Assembly: GCA_965237415.1 (NCBI GenBank) | Contig: CBDEFM010000002.1 | Location: 2,432,001-2,496,000, forward strand | Source: Alphaproteobacteria bacterium | GTDB lineage: Bacteria; Pseudomonadota; Alphaproteobacteria; UBA828 | Direction: 5' to 3' | DNA length: 64,000 bases | Part shown: positions 32,326 through 53,183 of the stretch, in pieces | Position numbering within the stretch: position 1 is the stretch's first letter | How the letters are laid out: each line of letters opens with the position of its first letter | The notes under the pieces: generated by a model | What the model was told of the DNA's origin: nothing | The model's input: the letters and a program-made list of their open reading frames with translations, nothing else | The model's database searches: none | Made by a program: the position numbers and the translations under genes

Positions 32326-32754
32326 CTAGAAGGAGACGCAGGCCCCCGTCACCACGCGCAGCACGCTCGATTGGCCGAAGGCGCGCTTGTACGCATCCGC
32401 AATCTCACCCGTGCGCCGCATGGCGTTCTCGCCCGGCTGCGCGAGGACGAGCAATAGCTTGGTCCGCTCCCGCACGATCTCGCCCGAGCCGTCGCGCCAC
32501 TGCCCCGCAGCATCAAGCACGGTGAGGCCATCGGGGAAGCGCGGCGTGACCTCGTCGGCAAGGAAGGTGCGCCACGCCTCCTCACTCACCACCTCGACAG
32601 TTCTCTGGCTGCGCCCGAAGAAGAGCCTGTACTCGGCGAATTGCTCGGTGCCGGGCGGGCAGTACGGTTCGTCCGCACCGAGCGCCGGCGCGGCAGCAGA
32701 GGCAAGAGCCGCCAGAGTCGCCGCAGCGACGAGACGGCTCAGCCTCGCGGTCAT
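32326..32754 (-). CDS. DUF3574 domain protein
   Basis: Signal peptide, LFFGR, FLADEVTPRFPDGLTV, GQW, FGQSSVLRV..CVSF. Confidence 0.85.
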   Translation of the reverse strand: MTARLSRLVAAATLAALASAAAPALGADEPYCPPGTEQFAEYRLFFGRSQRTVEVVSEEAWRTFLADEVTPRFPDGLTVLDAAGQWRDGSGEIVRERTKLLLVLAQPGENAMRRTGEIADAYKRAFGQSSVLRVVTGACVSF

Positions 32755-32783
32755 GGTACCTTCGCCCCGATGCGCTTGCGCGT

Positions 32784-41400
<8,617 letters not shown>

Positions 41401-41598
41401 GATACCCCTCGGACTCTCGGCCCCGGCCGCGGCGTGGGCGCCGCGGCGGGCCGTGGGTTAGTCTTTACATGCGGCGCGGCGGCGCGCGCCGCGCGGCCGT
41501 GGCGGCGCGTGCTCGTGCCCGCTCGCGCCGCGGCGCGACGGCGGGACCGGTGTTACCCGGCACGTGCCCGGGCGTGCGCCGGCGATAGCCAATCGTCG

Positions 41599-41976
41599 CT
41601 ACTTGACCTCGACGGTCGCGCCGGCAGCTTCGAGCTGCTCCTTGATCTTGCTCGCGTCTTCCTTGGACACGTCTTCTTTGACCGCGTTCGGCACGCCCTC
41701 AACCAGCGCCTTGGCCTCCTTGAGGCCGAGGCCGGTGAGCGCGCGGACCTCCTTGATCACGTTGATCTTCTTTTCGCCGAATGACGTAAGGACCACGGTG
41801 AACTCGATCTGCTCCTCGGCCTCCTCGGCCGCGGGTGCTGCGCCGGGTGCAGCGGCGACGGCGACTGGGGCGGCCGCAGAGACCCCCCACCTTTCTTCGA
41901 GCATCTTGCTCAACTCCGAGGCCTCGATCACCGTCAGGGTCGAAAGCTCGTCTGCAATCTTGGCCAGATCAGCCAT
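41599..41976 (-). CDS. rplL: 50S ribosomal protein L7/L12
   Basis: [36 protein letters not shown]. Confidence 0.98.
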   Translation of the reverse strand: MADLAKIADELSTLTVIEASELSKMLEERWGVSAAAPVAVAAAPGAAPAAEEAEEQIEFTVVLTSFGEKKINVIKEVRALTGLGLKEAKALVEGVPNAVKEDVSKEDASKIKEQLEAAGATVEVK

Positions 41977-41995
41977 ATCGTCGATCTCCTGGGGG

Positions 41996-42562
41996 CTATT
42001 CCTGCTCTTCCTGGGGTGTTTCGTCGCCTGTCGGTGCGCTCCTGCTGTCAGTGTCTCCTTGTTCCGAATAAGCGTTGAGCACGCGCGCAAGCTGGCCGCC
42101 CGGCGCGCTAAGCACGGCGGCGATCTTGGTCGCCGGCGCGTTCAGCACGCCGATCAGCCGGGCGCGCAGCGCATCGAGCGAGGGCAGCTCGGCCAGCGAG
42201 CGGACTTCGCGCCGATCCAGCGCGGTGCCGCCGAGGGCGCCACCCACGATGATGAGTTTGTCGTTATTCTTGGCATAGGTCACCGCAACCTTCGCCGCGG
42301 CCACCGGATCGTCCGAATAGGCGATCGCGCTGGAACCCGAAAAGAGGTCCGCGAGCGGGGCGAAGGAGGTGCCCTCGACCGCGCGCTTCGCCAGCCGGTT
42401 CTTCGTCACCCGGAAGGTCGCGCCGGCCGCGCGCATCTGGCGCCTGAGATGGGAGGCCTCCGCCACCGAGAGCCCGCTGAACTGCGTGACAACGACGAGA
42501 TTCGTGCTCTCGAAGATGCCGCGCAGGGCTTCGACGATCTCTTCCTTCTTAAGCCGTTCCAC
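41996..42562 (-). CDS. rplJ: 50S ribosomal protein L10
   Basis: [23 protein letters not shown]; short acidic C-terminal extension. Confidence 0.97.
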   Translation of the reverse strand: MERLKKEEIVEALRGIFESTNLVVVTQFSGLSVAEASHLRRQMRAAGATFRVTKNRLAKRAVEGTSFAPLADLFSGSSAIAYSDDPVAAAKVAVTYAKNNDKLIIVGGALGGTALDRREVRSLAELPSLDALRARLIGVLNAPATKIAAVLSAPGGQLARVLNAYSEQGDTDSRSAPTGDETPQEEQE

Positions 42563-42649
42563 GATTTCCTCCGGCTTCTCCCGCGGCCATGAGGCGCGAG
42601 CGCTCCGCTGCGCGCTGACGGTGCAGCCGCGAAATTCCTGCGCGGTCCG

Positions 42650-43360
42650 TCACGATGCCGCCAATTCCGCCTGCAGGGCGGCGACGTCGAGCTTCACGCC
42701 CGGCCCCTGGGAAGAGCTGAGCGCTGCCCGCATCATGTAGGTTCCCTTGGCGCCGCTCGGCTTCGCGCGGTTCAGCGCATCCACCAGCGCGCGCGCATTC
42801 TCGGCCAGCGCCCGCTCGTCAAAGCTCGCCTTGCCGATGCCGGCGTGGACGATGCCGGCCTTCTCGACCCGGAACTCGACCTGGCCGCCCTTGGCCGCGC
42901 GTACGGCCTCAGCCACGTCGGGCGTAACCGTGCCGAGCTTCGGGTTGGGCATGAGCCCGCGCGGCCCAAGAATGCGGCCGAGCTTGCCGACAACCGGCAT
43001 CATGTCCGGGGTTGCTATGCAGCGGTCGAATTCGATCTTGCCGCCTTGGACCTTGGCAGCAAGGTCCTCGTCGCCGACCATGTCGGCACCCGCTTCGCGC
43101 GCGGCATCGGCCTTGTCGCCCTTCGCAAAGACGGCGACACGAACCGTCTTGCCGGTGCCATGGGGCAGCGCCACGACGCCGCGCACCATCTGGTCCGCAT
43201 GGCGCGGGTCGACGCCGAGGCCGACGCTCATTTCGACGGTCTCGTCGAACTTCGCCTTGGCCCCCTGCTTCACCAGCGCGATCGCCTCGCCCAGCGCATA
43301 CGTCCTGTCGCGGTCGACCTGCTCCTTGGCCTGCCGCAGCCTTTTCCCGTCCTTCGCCAT
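42650..43360 (-). CDS. rplA: 50S ribosomal protein L1
   Basis: [29 protein letters not shown]. Confidence 0.98.
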   Translation of the reverse strand: MAKDGKRLRQAKEQVDRDRTYALGEAIALVKQGAKAKFDETVEMSVGLGVDPRHADQMVRGVVALPHGTGKTVRVAVFAKGDKADAAREAGADMVGDEDLAAKVQGGKIEFDRCIATPDMMPVVGKLGRILGPRGLMPNPKLGTVTPDVAEAVRAAKGGQVEFRVEKAGIVHAGIGKASFDERALAENARALVDALNRAKPSGAKGTYMMRAALSSSQGPGVKLDVAALQAELAAS

Positions 43361-43365
43361 CGCTT

Positions 43366-43797
43366 CTAGCCCACCACCTGGATGCCGATCGATCGTGCCG
43401 ACCCTTCGATAATGCGGCAGGCGGCGTCCGTATCGTCGGCGTTGAGGTCCACCATCTTCTTCTCCGCGATCTCGCGAACTTGCGCGCGCGTCACCTGACC
43501 TATCGGGTCGATCCGGCCGACCGTCTCGGAGCCCTTGTCCACGCCCGCCGCCTTCTTGAGGAAGTAGCTGGCCGGCGGGCTCTTGGTCACGAACGAGAAG
43601 GTCCGGTCGTGATAGACCGAGATCACCGTCGGGATCGGCATCCCCTGCTCGAGGTTCTGGCTCTGGGCGTTGAAGGTCTTGCAGAACTCCATGATGTTGA
43701 GTCCTGCCTGACCCAGCGCCGGGCCGATCGGCGGCGACGGGTTGGCCTGCCCCGCCGGCACCTGCAGCTTGATCGTTCCCGTTACTCTCTTGGCCAT
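43366..43797 (-). CDS. rplK: 50S ribosomal protein L11
   Basis: [24 protein letters not shown]. Confidence 0.98.
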   Translation of the reverse strand: MAKRVTGTIKLQVPAGQANPSPPIGPALGQAGLNIMEFCKTFNAQSQNLEQGMPIPTVISVYHDRTFSFVTKSPPASYFLKKAAGVDKGSETVGRIDPIGQVTRAQVREIAEKKMVDLNADDTDAACRIIEGSARSIGIQVVG

Positions 43798-43815
43798 GTT
43801 ACTCCCGCCCCGCCG

Positions 43816-44394
43816 TCAGGCCTTCTCAACCTGGGCGTATTCCAGCTCGACCGGTGTCGCCCGGCCGAAAATCGATACCGCAACCTTGAGGCGCGCCCGC
43901 TCCTCGTCGATGTCTTCCACCAGCCCGCTGAACGAGGTGAAGGGGCCGTCGCAGACCCGCACGGTCTCGCCGATCTCGAAGATGACCGAGGGCTTCGGCC
44001 TCTCGACACCTTCCTTGACCTGCTTCAGAACGCGGTCCGCCTCGTCGTCGGTGATCGGCACCGGCTTGCCGCCGCTGCCAAGAAAACCGGTTACCTTCGG
44101 TGTGTTGTTGATCAGGTGCCAGGTCTCGTCGGTCATGCTCAGATGCGCGAGCACATAGCCGGGGAAGAACTTGCGCTCGGACTTGACCTTGGCGCCGCGC
44201 CGCATCTCCACGACTTCTTCCGACGGCACCATGACGTCCTCGATCAAATGGTCGAGGCCCTGCTGCCTGGCCTGTTCGCGGATCGACTGCGCCACCTTCT
44301 TCTCAAAGCCCGAATAGACGTGGACGATGTACCAGCGCCGCGCCGGCCCATGGGCCTCGGCCATCGCCGTATCCGCCGCTGATATATCCGTCAT
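43816..44394 (-). CDS. nusG: Transcription factor NusG
   Basis: WYIVHVYSGFE, FFPGYVL, KOW GPFTSFSG, IFGRATPVEL. Confidence 0.98.
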   Translation of the reverse strand: MTDISAADTAMAEAHGPARRWYIVHVYSGFEKKVAQSIREQARQQGLDHLIEDVMVPSEEVVEMRRGAKVKSERKFFPGYVLAHLSMTDETWHLINNTPKVTGFLGSGGKPVPITDDEADRVLKQVKEGVERPKPSVIFEIGETVRVCDGPFTSFSGLVEDIDEERARLKVAVSIFGRATPVELEYAQVEKA

Positions 44395-44588
44395 CCGCCG
44401 ATCCCCAGGATCGCCCGCACCCCGATCGACAGCACCTGATCGATCAGGAAGAAGAAGATCGCCATGATGATCACCATGATCAGCACCATGATAGTGCTGA
44501 TGATCGTCTCCTTGCGCGTGGGCCACGTGACCTTGCCGATCTCCTGGCGCGCCTGACGCAAAAACTCGAGCGGCGGCGTGCGAGCCAT
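44391..44588 (-). CDS. secE: Preprotein translocase SecE
   Basis: EIGKVTWPTRKE plus one TM; between tRNA-Trp and nusG. Confidence 0.96.
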   Translation of the reverse strand: MARTPPLEFLRQARQEIGKVTWPTRKETIISTIMVLIMVIIMAIFFFLIDQVLSIGVRAILGIGG

Positions 44589-44616
44589 GGTCAGCACGCG
44601 CCCCGACCCGTGCGCA

Positions 44617-44692
44617 TGGCAGGAGTGGAGGGTCTCGAACCCCCAACCTCCGGTTTTGGAGACCGGCGCTCTACCAATTGAGCTACACTCCT
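44617..44692 (-). tRNA. tRNA-Trp(CCA)
   Basis: AGGAGTGTAGCTCAATTGGTAGAGCGCCGGTCT-CCA-AAACCGG...GTTCGAGAC...GCCA, 76 nt. Confidence 0.97.
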
Positions 44693-44721
44693 ACTCCGTT
44701 TGCGCGCCGCGACCGCCATTT

Positions 44722-45917
<1,196 letters not shown>

Positions 45918-46009
45918 CGGTGCCTATTCCTCGGCCGCTGCGTTGCCGCGGCGGCTTTAAAGAGTCGTCACAAGCCGCGCACCGTTGCTTCGGTGCCGGC
46001 CGAATGCTC

Positions 46010-46083
46010 TGGAGCGGGTGATGGGAATCGAACCCACGTGACCAGCTTGGAAGGCTGGGGCTCTACCATTGAGCTACACCCGC
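46010..46083 (-). tRNA. tRNA-Gly(TCC)
   Basis: GCGGGTGTAGCTCAATGGTAGAGCCCCAGCCT-TCC-AAGCTGG...GTTCGATTC...TCCA, 74 nt. Confidence 0.97.
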
Positions 46084-46133
46084 TCACCCTGAGTCCCCCG
46101 CGCCCATCACCGCGCGCGCGTATCGCGCCCGTG

Positions 46134-46219
46134 TGGTGGAGGGGGTAGGATTCGAACCTACGTAGACATACGTCGGCAGATTTACAGTCTGCTGCCTTTA
46201 ACCACTCGGCCACCCCTCC
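46134..46219 (-). tRNA. tRNA-Tyr(GTA)
   Basis: GGAGGGGTGGCCGAGTGGTTAAAGGCAGCAGACT-GTA-AATCTGC, long variable arm, ends ACCA. Confidence 0.97.
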
Positions 46220-46256
46220 GCGCCGAGGAGGACGCGCCCGGGACTCGGACGGGCGC

Positions 46257-46284
46257 ACTATGGACATCCGCGTTCGATTGTCAA
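46257..46284 (-). promoter_or_regulatory. Stable-RNA-type sigma70 promoter for tRNA-Tyr/Gly-tuf
   Basis: Minus strand TTGACA-N16-CATAGT followed by GC-rich discriminator GCGCCC. Confidence 0.7.
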
Positions 46285-46416
46285 CGCCCAAAGGAGCTCT
46301 CCGTGACGGCCCATCACACCGTCGCGCCGCCGCGGCGGCTGCGTCAGCGCGCGCCGGGCGGCCCGTATGCCGGGGCGTCTCGCAAAAGGGATGGAAGTCT
46401 TATAATAGGGTGCGTC

Positions 46417-47253
46417 ATGGCACGCAACAGTTCTCGCCGCCCGCGCGAGCGAACGGCCGGGCGCCGGCGCACGCATCAGGAGCAGCGCACCCAGGCGCGG
46501 CCCCGCCATGAGCGGCTCTATGGCGCCCATGCGGTGGCCGCCGCGCTCGCCAATCCGATCCGCCGCTGCCATCGGCTGATCGCGACGGAGGAGGGCGCGG
46601 CGCTGCTCGCCGAGCGCGTCGACGCCCGCGCGCTGCCCCTTGCCGCCCGCGGCCTACTCGATGCGCCGCAGATCGCCTCCCGCCAGGACGTCGCCGCCCT
46701 GCTGTCGGATGGCGCCGTGCATCAGGGTATCGTGCTGGAGACGGCGCCGCTGCCGGCGGTCGATCTCGCGTCGGCCTGCGGCGGGCTGGCGCAGGGAGAG
46801 GGCGGAGCGCGGACCGTGGTCGTCCTCGATCAGGTGACGGATCCGCACAATGTCGGCGCGATCCTGCGCTCGGCGGCGGCCTTCGCAGTTGCCGCCGTCG
46901 TCGTTCAGGACCGGCACTCTCCGCAGGGCGCCGGCGCGCTCGCCAAGGCCGCCTCCGGCGCGTTGGAGACGGTGCCGCTCGCCCGCGTCGTCAACATCGC
47001 GCGCGCCCTCATCGTGCTCAAGGAGCTCGGCTACTGGTGTCTCGGCCTCGACCAGAACGCGGCCGAGCCCATCGAGGCCGTCGCCGTGAGGGCGCCGCTC
47101 GCGCTCGTGCTCGGTGCCGAAGGCCAGGGCATGCGCCGGTTGACCCGCGAGCGCTGCGACCTGACCGCCAGAATTCCCATGCCGGGCTCGATGGCGAGCC
47201 TCAACGTCTCCAACGCTGCCGCCATCGCCCTCTACGAGGTCGCACGGCGATGA
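46417..47253 (+). CDS. rlmB: 23S rRNA 2'-O-methyltransferase RlmB (TrmH/SpoU family)
   Basis: HQGIVL, LDQVTDPHNVGAILRS, LGAEGQGMR, SLNVSNA. Confidence 0.92.
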   Translation: MARNSSRRPRERTAGRRRTHQEQRTQARPRHERLYGAHAVAAALANPIRRCHRLIATEEGAALLAERVDARALPLAARGLLDAPQIASRQDVAALLSDGAVHQGIVLETAPLPAVDLASACGGLAQGEGGARTVVVLDQVTDPHNVGAILRSAAAFAVAAVVVQDRHSPQGAGALAKAASGALETVPLARVVNIARALIVLKELGYWCLGLDQNAAEPIEAVAVRAPLALVLGAEGQGMRRLTRERCDLTARIPMPGSMASLNVSNAAAIALYEVARR

Positions 47254-47373
47254 GCGGAGCGACGAACAGGGCGCCTCGTGCGCGGCGGCGGAGCGCAGCG
47301 TGCTTGACTCGGCCCGCGGGCCGCGCTTGAAAGCGGACCCTCCGTGATCGCGTGCGCCTGCAGCGGCCTATCG

Positions 47374-47446
47374 GCCGGCGTAGCTCAACTGGTAGAGCAC
47401 TTGATTTGTAATCAAGGGGTTGCGGGTTCGAGTCCTGCCGCCGGCA
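47374..47446 (+). tRNA. tRNA-Thr(TGT), CCA not encoded
   Basis: GCCGGCGTAGCTCAACTGGTAGAGCACTTGATT-TGT-AATCAAG...GTTCGAGTC...CCGGCA then CCG. Confidence 0.96.
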
Positions 47447-47495
47447 CCGCTCGATCCGGGGTGCGAACGGGCACCGCCGGGGTATAGGGCGCACC

Positions 47496-48719
47496 ATGGT
47501 CACCACCGCCGCCCTGATCGTCGCCGCCGGGCGCGGCCACCGGGTCGGTGGGCCGCTGCCCAAGCAGTACCGCCAGCTCGCGGGGCGCACGGTGCTCGGC
47601 CACAGCGTGCGGCGGTTCACGATGCACCCGGGCATCGATTCCGTGCGGGTGGTGATCAACCCCGCCGACCGGCCGCTCTACGACGACGCGGTGCAGGGGA
47701 GCGCAGGCCCGGAGGCCGGCAAGCTGCTGGCACCGGTCGCCGGCGGCGAGACGCGGCAGGAGTCGGTGCGGAACGGCCTCGAAAGCCTTTCTGACGCCCC
47801 ACCCGACCTGGTCTTGATCCATGACGGCGCCCGCCCGCTGGTGCCGGACGCCGTGATCGAGGGCGCGCTCAATGCGCTCGCCGGCCACGACGGCGCGCTC
47901 CCCGCGCTTGCGGTGAGCGACAGCCTCAAACGGGCGGCGCCGGGTAGCGACGTGATCGCAGGCGCGGTGCCGCGCGAGGGCCTCTGGCGCGCCCAGACCC
48001 CGCAAGGCTTCCGCTATCACGCAATTCTCGACGCCCACCGCGCCGCGGCCGGCGGTGCGCTGACAGACGACGCTGCGGTGGCGGAGCATGCCGGGCTGGC
48101 CGTCGCGCTCACGACCGGCGACGAGGACAACCTCAAGATCACCACCGAGCAGGATTTTTCGCGCGCCGAGCGCATCCTGGCGGCGCAGGGCGAGAGCGCC
48201 GTCGCGCCTGCCATCGCCCTGGAGACCCGCGTCGGCATGGGCTTCGATGTCCATCGCTTCGGCCCCGGCGATCACCTCATGCTGGGCGGCGTGGCGGTGC
48301 CGCACGAGCAGGGTGTGGTCAGTCATTCCGACGGCGACGTGGTGCTCCATGCCGTCGTCGATGCTGTGCTGGGCGCGATGGCGGCGGGCGATATCGGCAC
48401 TCACTTCCCGCCCTCCGACGAAACCTGGCGGGACGCCGATTCCGCGCGCTTCGTGGCGCACACCCTGGCGTTGCTAGAGGAACGGGGCGGTCAACTCAGC
48501 CATGTCGATGTCACGGTCATCTGCCAGCGGCCCAGGATCGGCCCCCATCGCCCCGCCATGGTGGCGAGGCTCGCCGCCGTTCTCGGCCTCGTACCCGCCC
48601 GCATCAGCCTGAAGGCAACGACCACCGAGCGCCTCGGCTTCACCGGGCGGGGCGAAGGTATCGCCGCGCAGGCGGTCGCTACGGTCCGCTTGCCTGCCGA
48701 GGGCAGCGATGACGGCTGA
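47496..48719 (+). CDS. ispDF: Bifunctional IspD/IspF (MEP pathway)
   Basis: AAGRGHR..PKQY, IHDGARP, QTPQGF; then [30 protein letters not shown]. Confidence 0.96.
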   Translation: MVTTAALIVAAGRGHRVGGPLPKQYRQLAGRTVLGHSVRRFTMHPGIDSVRVVINPADRPLYDDAVQGSAGPEAGKLLAPVAGGETRQESVRNGLESLSDAPPDLVLIHDGARPLVPDAVIEGALNALAGHDGALPALAVSDSLKRAAPGSDVIAGAVPREGLWRAQTPQGFRYHAILDAHRAAAGGALTDDAAVAEHAGLAVALTTGDEDNLKITTEQDFSRAERILAAQGESAVAPAIALETRVGMGFDVHRFGPGDHLMLGGVAVPHEQGVVSHSDGDVVLHAVVDAVLGAMAAGDIGTHFPPSDETWRDADSARFVAHTLALLEERGGQLSHVDVTVICQRPRIGPHRPAMVARLAAVLGLVPARISLKATTTERLGFTGRGEGIAAQAVATVRLPAEGSDDG

Positions 48720-49194
48720 GGCGGGGCCGGCCCGCCTCGACCTCCGAGACCCGGCGACCCTGGTCGCGACCTGGTTTGGCACCGGGCTTGCACGTTGGGC
48801 GCCGGGAACGGCAGCCTCTGCGCTGGCGCTGCCCGCCGCGTGGCTGCTGAGGAGCTACACCGGTGTGCTCGGCCTTGCGATCGCCGCGCTCGTCCTCTCC
48901 GCGATCGGCGTCTGGGCGGCTGCGGCCTGCGAGCGACGCGCCGGGGTTCGCGATTCGCCCGCCATCGTGATCGACGAGGTGGCCGGTCAATGGATCGCCC
49001 TCCTGCTGGTGCCGGCGGATCCGGTTGCCTACGGCATGGGGTTCGTTCTGTTCCGCCTGTTCGACGTGGCAAAGCCGTGGCCGATCGGCCTGATCGACCG
49101 GCACGTGAAGGGCGGCTTCGGCGTGATGCTGGACGACGTCGTCGCCGGCGGCTTCGCGGCGCTCGTGCTCTGGAATATATGGGTATGGCTGTGA
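48709..49194 (+). CDS. pgpA: Phosphatidylglycerophosphatase A
   Basis: [32 protein letters not shown]. Confidence 0.94.
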   Translation: MTAEAGPARLDLRDPATLVATWFGTGLARWAPGTAASALALPAAWLLRSYTGVLGLAIAALVLSAIGVWAAAACERRAGVRDSPAIVIDEVAGQWIALLLVPADPVAYGMGFVLFRLFDVAKPWPIGLIDRHVKGGFGVMLDDVVAGGFAALVLWNIWVWL

Positions 49195-49691
49195 CCTTCC
49201 CCGATGCTGTGAACGAGCGGGCGGAGCGACTCCTCGCGCTCTGCCGCGCGGGGGGCTTGCGCGTCGCCACCGCGGAATCCTGCACCGGCGGGCTGATTGC
49301 CGCCTGTCTGACGGAGGTCGCCGGGTCCTCCGATGTCGTGGATCGCGGCTTCGTGACCTATTCCAACGAGGCCAAGCACGATCTGCTAGGTGTGCCCGAC
49401 GAGCTCTTGATACGCGTGGGCGCAGTCAGCGAAGAAGTGGCACGGGCGATGGCGGAAGGCGCGCTCGAACGCTCTGACGCCGATCTTGCGGTCGCGGTGA
49501 CGGGAATCGCCGGCCCGGGCGGCGGAACGGCCACCAAGCCGGTCGGCCTGGTGCATCATGCCTGCGCGGGGCCGGGCGGCGCGATCTTTCACCGGCGCGT
49601 GGTCTATCCGGGTGATCGCGGCACGGTTCGCCTTGCAACCGTCGAGACCGCGCTCGACATGCTGATCGACGGTGCTGAACGGAGGACATAG
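49191..49691 (+). CDS. cinA: CinA/PncC nicotinamide-nucleotide amidohydrolase
   Basis: [35 protein letters not shown]...KPVG. Confidence 0.92.
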   Translation: MTFPDAVNERAERLLALCRAGGLRVATAESCTGGLIAACLTEVAGSSDVVDRGFVTYSNEAKHDLLGVPDELLIRVGAVSEEVARAMAEGALERSDADLAVAVTGIAGPGGGTATKPVGLVHHACAGPGGAIFHRRVVYPGDRGTVRLATVETALDMLIDGAERRT

Positions 49692-50871
49692 CGCCCTGGC
49701 GGCGACCGGAACGACCGACCCCAAGCAAGCGCGGGACGCGATCCTTGCCCAGGCACGCGCGCTTGGGTTCCAGGCGGTGGGCGTGGCGAGCGCCGAAGGC
49801 GTGCCGGGGGACGGGGCTGCGCTCCAGGAGTTCATTGGGCTCGGCTATGCCGGGGACATGAGTTGGCTGCCGGGCACCGCCGAGAGGCGCGCGGCCCCCC
49901 GCGCGCTCTGGCCCGAGGCCCGCAGCGTCGTGGTGGTCGGCATCAACTATGGCCCGGCACACGATCCGCTGCGTCTGCTGGATGTGCCGACGCGGGGCAT
50001 CGTTTCGGCCTATGCCCAGGGCCGCGACTACCACGACGTGATCAAGGGCAGGCTCCGGCGCCTCGCACGCTTCGTCGTCGATACCTTCGGCGCCGAGGTG
50101 AAGCTCTTCGTGGACACGGCGCCGGTGATGGAGAAGCCGCTGGCGGCGCGGGCCGGCATCGGCTGGCAGGGCAAGCACACCAACCTCGTCTCCCGCCAGC
50201 ACGGCTCGTGGCTCTTTCTCGGCGAACTGTTTACGACCCTCGATATCGCGCCCGACGAGGGCGAGGACGACCATTGCGGCTCCTGCCGCCAGTGTCTGGA
50301 TGTCTGCCCGACCGACGCCTTCCCCGCGCCCTACCGGCTCGATGCCAGGCGCTGCATCTCGTACCTCACCATCGAGCACAAGGGCCACATCGCGCCCGAA
50401 TATCGCGAGGCCATGGGCAACAGGATCTATGGCTGCGACGACTGCCTGGCGGTCTGCCCGTGGAACAAGTTCGCACGCCGCACCGAGGACTATGCCTTCC
50501 TGCCCCGCGCCGAACTGACGGCGCCGAGGCTCGCCGATCTCGCAGCGCTGGACGACAAGACCTTCAGAACGGTCTTCTCCGGCAGCCCGATCAAGCGGGT
50601 CGGGCGCGACCGCTTCGTGCGCAACGTGTTGATCGCCATAGGCAATTGCGGAGACGCCACTGTCTTGCCGGTGGCCAAGCGGCTGCTCGGCGACCGCTCC
50701 CCGCTGGTGCGTGCCATGGCGGTCTGGGCGTCGCGGCGGCTCGCGTCCCCGGCCGCCTTCGCCGCACTCCGCGCCCGCCACGAACCCGGAGAGCATGACT
50801 CTGCTGTACTGACCGAATGGCACAGGGAAGCCGAACCGGGCGTCTCGACCGGTGCGACCGGCCGCGCGTGA
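49672..50871 (+). CDS. queG: Epoxyqueuosine reductase (start uncertain)
   Basis: [50 protein letters not shown]. Confidence 0.95.
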   Translation: MLNGGHSALAATGTTDPKQARDAILAQARALGFQAVGVASAEGVPGDGAALQEFIGLGYAGDMSWLPGTAERRAAPRALWPEARSVVVVGINYGPAHDPLRLLDVPTRGIVSAYAQGRDYHDVIKGRLRRLARFVVDTFGAEVKLFVDTAPVMEKPLAARAGIGWQGKHTNLVSRQHGSWLFLGELFTTLDIAPDEGEDDHCGSCRQCLDVCPTDAFPAPYRLDARRCISYLTIEHKGHIAPEYREAMGNRIYGCDDCLAVCPWNKFARRTEDYAFLPRAELTAPRLADLAALDDKTFRTVFSGSPIKRVGRDRFVRNVLIAIGNCGDATVLPVAKRLLGDRSPLVRAMAVWASRRLASPAAFAALRARHEPGEHDSAVLTEWHREAEPGVSTGATGRA

Positions 50872-51758
50872 TCATGCCCGGCAAGCGGCTCTTCTGCTTC
50901 GGCTACGGGTTCTGCGCCTCCGCCCTGGGCGCGCTGCTCGGCCCCGCCGGCTGGTCGCTCGCGGGCACGTGCCGGACACCCGCAGGCTGTCGTGCGCTTA
51001 AGGGCTCAGGCGTCGATGCCGTCCCCTTCTCGCGGGAGGCGCCGCTCGCCGACGCGGCACGGTGCCTGGCGGGCGCGACCCACATCCTCCTCTCGATTCC
51101 GCCCGATGGGGAGGACGATCCGGTCCTCGACCGCCACGGCGCGGACATCGCCGCCCTAGAGGGCTTAGAGTGGATCGGCTATCTCTCGACCACCGGGGTC
51201 TACGGCGATACCGGCGGCGCCTGGGTGGACGAGAGCGCGACACCGGCCCCCACCGGCGTGCGGGGCAGACGCAGGCTTGCGGCAGAGAAGGGCTGGCTTG
51301 CCTTCGGCGAGCGGCACGGCCTCGCCGTGCACGTCTTCCGCCTGGCAGGGATTTACGGACCCGGACGCAACGCGCTCGCCACCGTGCGACGCGGCGAGGC
51401 CAAGCGCATCGATAAGCCAGACCGGGTCTTCTCGCGCATCCACGTGGCTGACGTCGCGCAGGTGCTGGCCGCCTCCATCGCCCGGCCGAAGGCAGGTGCC
51501 ATATATAATGCGTGCGACGACGAGCCGGCACCGGCGGCGGATGTCGTCGCACACGCCTGCGCCCTGTTGGGCGTCCCGCCGCCGCCGCTCACAGCGTTGG
51601 ACGCCGCCGACCTCACCCCGATGGCGCGGAGCTTCTACGCCGACAACCGAAGAGTTTCCAACGCCCGCATCAAGACCGAGCTCGGCGTCGCGCTGCGCTT
51701 CCCCGACTATCGAGCGGGACTCGCCGGCCTGCTCGCCGAAGAAGCCGACGCCTCTTAG
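50868..51758 (+). CDS. SDR / NAD-dependent epimerase family protein
   Basis: FGYGF, YLSTTGVYGD, FRLAGIYGPGR, FSRIHVAD. Confidence 0.88.
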   Translation: MIMPGKRLFCFGYGFCASALGALLGPAGWSLAGTCRTPAGCRALKGSGVDAVPFSREAPLADAARCLAGATHILLSIPPDGEDDPVLDRHGADIAALEGLEWIGYLSTTGVYGDTGGAWVDESATPAPTGVRGRRRLAAEKGWLAFGERHGLAVHVFRLAGIYGPGRNALATVRRGEAKRIDKPDRVFSRIHVADVAQVLAASIARPKAGAIYNACDDEPAPAADVVAHACALLGVPPPPLTALDAADLTPMARSFYADNRRVSNARIKTELGVALRFPDYRAGLAGLLAEEADAS

Positions 51759-52495
51759 CCGACGGCGGCGAGACCGGGGAAGGCCTCGAGCAGCCAGAAC
51801 GCGACGGAACTGAGATACCCGGTGATGAGCGCGACCCCCATCGCCACCAGGATGACGCCCGCGCCGATCTGAAGTGGTCTGCTGATTTTCCGGATGCGCC
51901 TCATATGGCGCAGGAAGGCGCCGGTGAACGCAGCCGCGATCAGGAACGGGACGCCGAGCCCCAGCGAATAGACCGCCAGCAGCGCGACGCCGCGGCCGAC
52001 ATCGGCGGAGGTCGCGGTGAGCGTTAGGATGCCGCCCAGCACCGGGCCGATGCAAGGCGTCCAGCCGAACGCGAAGGCCGTACCCAGCAGGTACGCGCTC
52101 GCCGGCCGGCCGCCCGCGAAACGGCCGGCAAAGCGCATCTCGCGCTCGAAGAACGGAACCCTGATCAGGCCGGTGAGGTAGATGCCGAAGACGATGATCA
52201 CTCCGCCCGCGACATATTCGAAGATCGTCTTGTGTTGGAGCAGGAAACCGCCCACCGCGCTTGCGCTCGCACCGAGTGCGACGAACACGGTCGTGAAGCC
52301 GAGGACGAAGAACGCGCTCAGCATCAGCGCGGCGAGGCGCCGGCGGGAGAGCCCCTCGTCGTCTCGCAACTCCTCCAGGGAGCCCCCGGCGACATAGGAG
52401 ACGTAACCCGGCACCAGGGGCAGGACGCAGGGGGAGAGGAAGGAAATCAGCCCGGCCGCGAAGGCTGAGGCGATGCCGATGGCGGAGAGTTCCAT
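51755..52495 (-). CDS. ccdA: Cytochrome c biogenesis protein CcdA
   Basis: SFLSPCVLPLVP and GWTPCIGP cysteine motifs, six TM. Confidence 0.93.
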   Translation of the reverse strand: MELSAIGIASAFAAGLISFLSPCVLPLVPGYVSYVAGGSLEELRDDEGLSRRRLAALMLSAFFVLGFTTVFVALGASASAVGGFLLQHKTIFEYVAGGVIIVFGIYLTGLIRVPFFEREMRFAGRFAGGRPASAYLLGTAFAFGWTPCIGPVLGGILTLTATSADVGRGVALLAVYSLGLGVPFLIAAAFTGAFLRHMRRIRKISRPLQIGAGVILVAMGVALITGYLSSVAFWLLEAFPGLAAVG

Positions 52496-52536
52496 GGCTG
52501 GTCAGCCGGTGGCCGACGCGTCCCCGGTCCGCGCCG

Positions 52537-53118
52537 CTACTCGATGATGTGGCGCACCAGCTCGATCACATCCGGATCGGACCAGTCGCGATCGCCCAGC
52601 ACGCGTGCGACCTCTGCGCCCTCGCCGTTCATGAAGATCGTGGCAGGGATGCCGTGCACCCGGAGCGCGCGCCCGGCCGCCATCTTCTCATCGATCATGA
52701 CCGGCAACGTGGTGAGGTCGTGATCGTTGTAATAGTTGCGCACGAGCGGGGCGCCGTCGCGGTCGAGCGAGAGCGGCAGGATGACCAGCTCATCGCCCAG
52801 CTCGCGCTGCAGCGCATCCATGGTCGGCATCTCGGCCCGGCACGGGAAGCACCAGGTTGCCCAGAAATGCACGGCGACGGGTGTGCCGCGGTAATTGGCG
52901 AGGCTCAGCTGCTCGCCGGCCTCGTCGGTAAAGACGATCGGCGGCGGCTCCAGCGGCCCGTCGGTCACGACCAGGTTGAGGATCGCGCTGCCATCGGTGC
53001 GCTTATCGAGCGCACGCAGCGCGTCGCCCTCGGCAGCGAGCAGGGAACCGCCGTAAAGTGCTGTGCCGATCACGGCGACGGCGGCAGCAAGCCGCCCGAG
53101 AATTCGGATAGAGGTCAT
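52537..53118 (-). CDS. TlpA/ResA family disulfide reductase
   Basis: Signal/anchor, FWATWCFPCRAEMP, GIPAT. Confidence 0.92.
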   Translation of the reverse strand: MTSIRILGRLAAAVAVIGTALYGGSLLAAEGDALRALDKRTDGSAILNLVVTDGPLEPPPIVFTDEAGEQLSLANYRGTPVAVHFWATWCFPCRAEMPTMDALQRELGDELVILPLSLDRDGAPLVRNYYNDHDLTTLPVMIDEKMAAGRALRVHGIPATIFMNGEGAEVARVLGDRDWSDPDVIELVRHIIE

Positions 53119-53183
53119 GGCCGTTGCTCCCGTGTCTGCCAGCCGCCCACTCGGGCATAGATAGTGAGCCTGGGGCGTGCTGC

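Noticed and set aside
41401-41598. Extremely GC-rich palindromes between rplL and rpoB as a novel ncRNA
   Set aside because: Hairpins are expected by chance at this GC content and at this known attenuation site; no distinctive motif
47374-47495. tRNA-Thr as an integration site
   Set aside because: No integrase, no duplicated tRNA 3' end seen; ispDF follows directly
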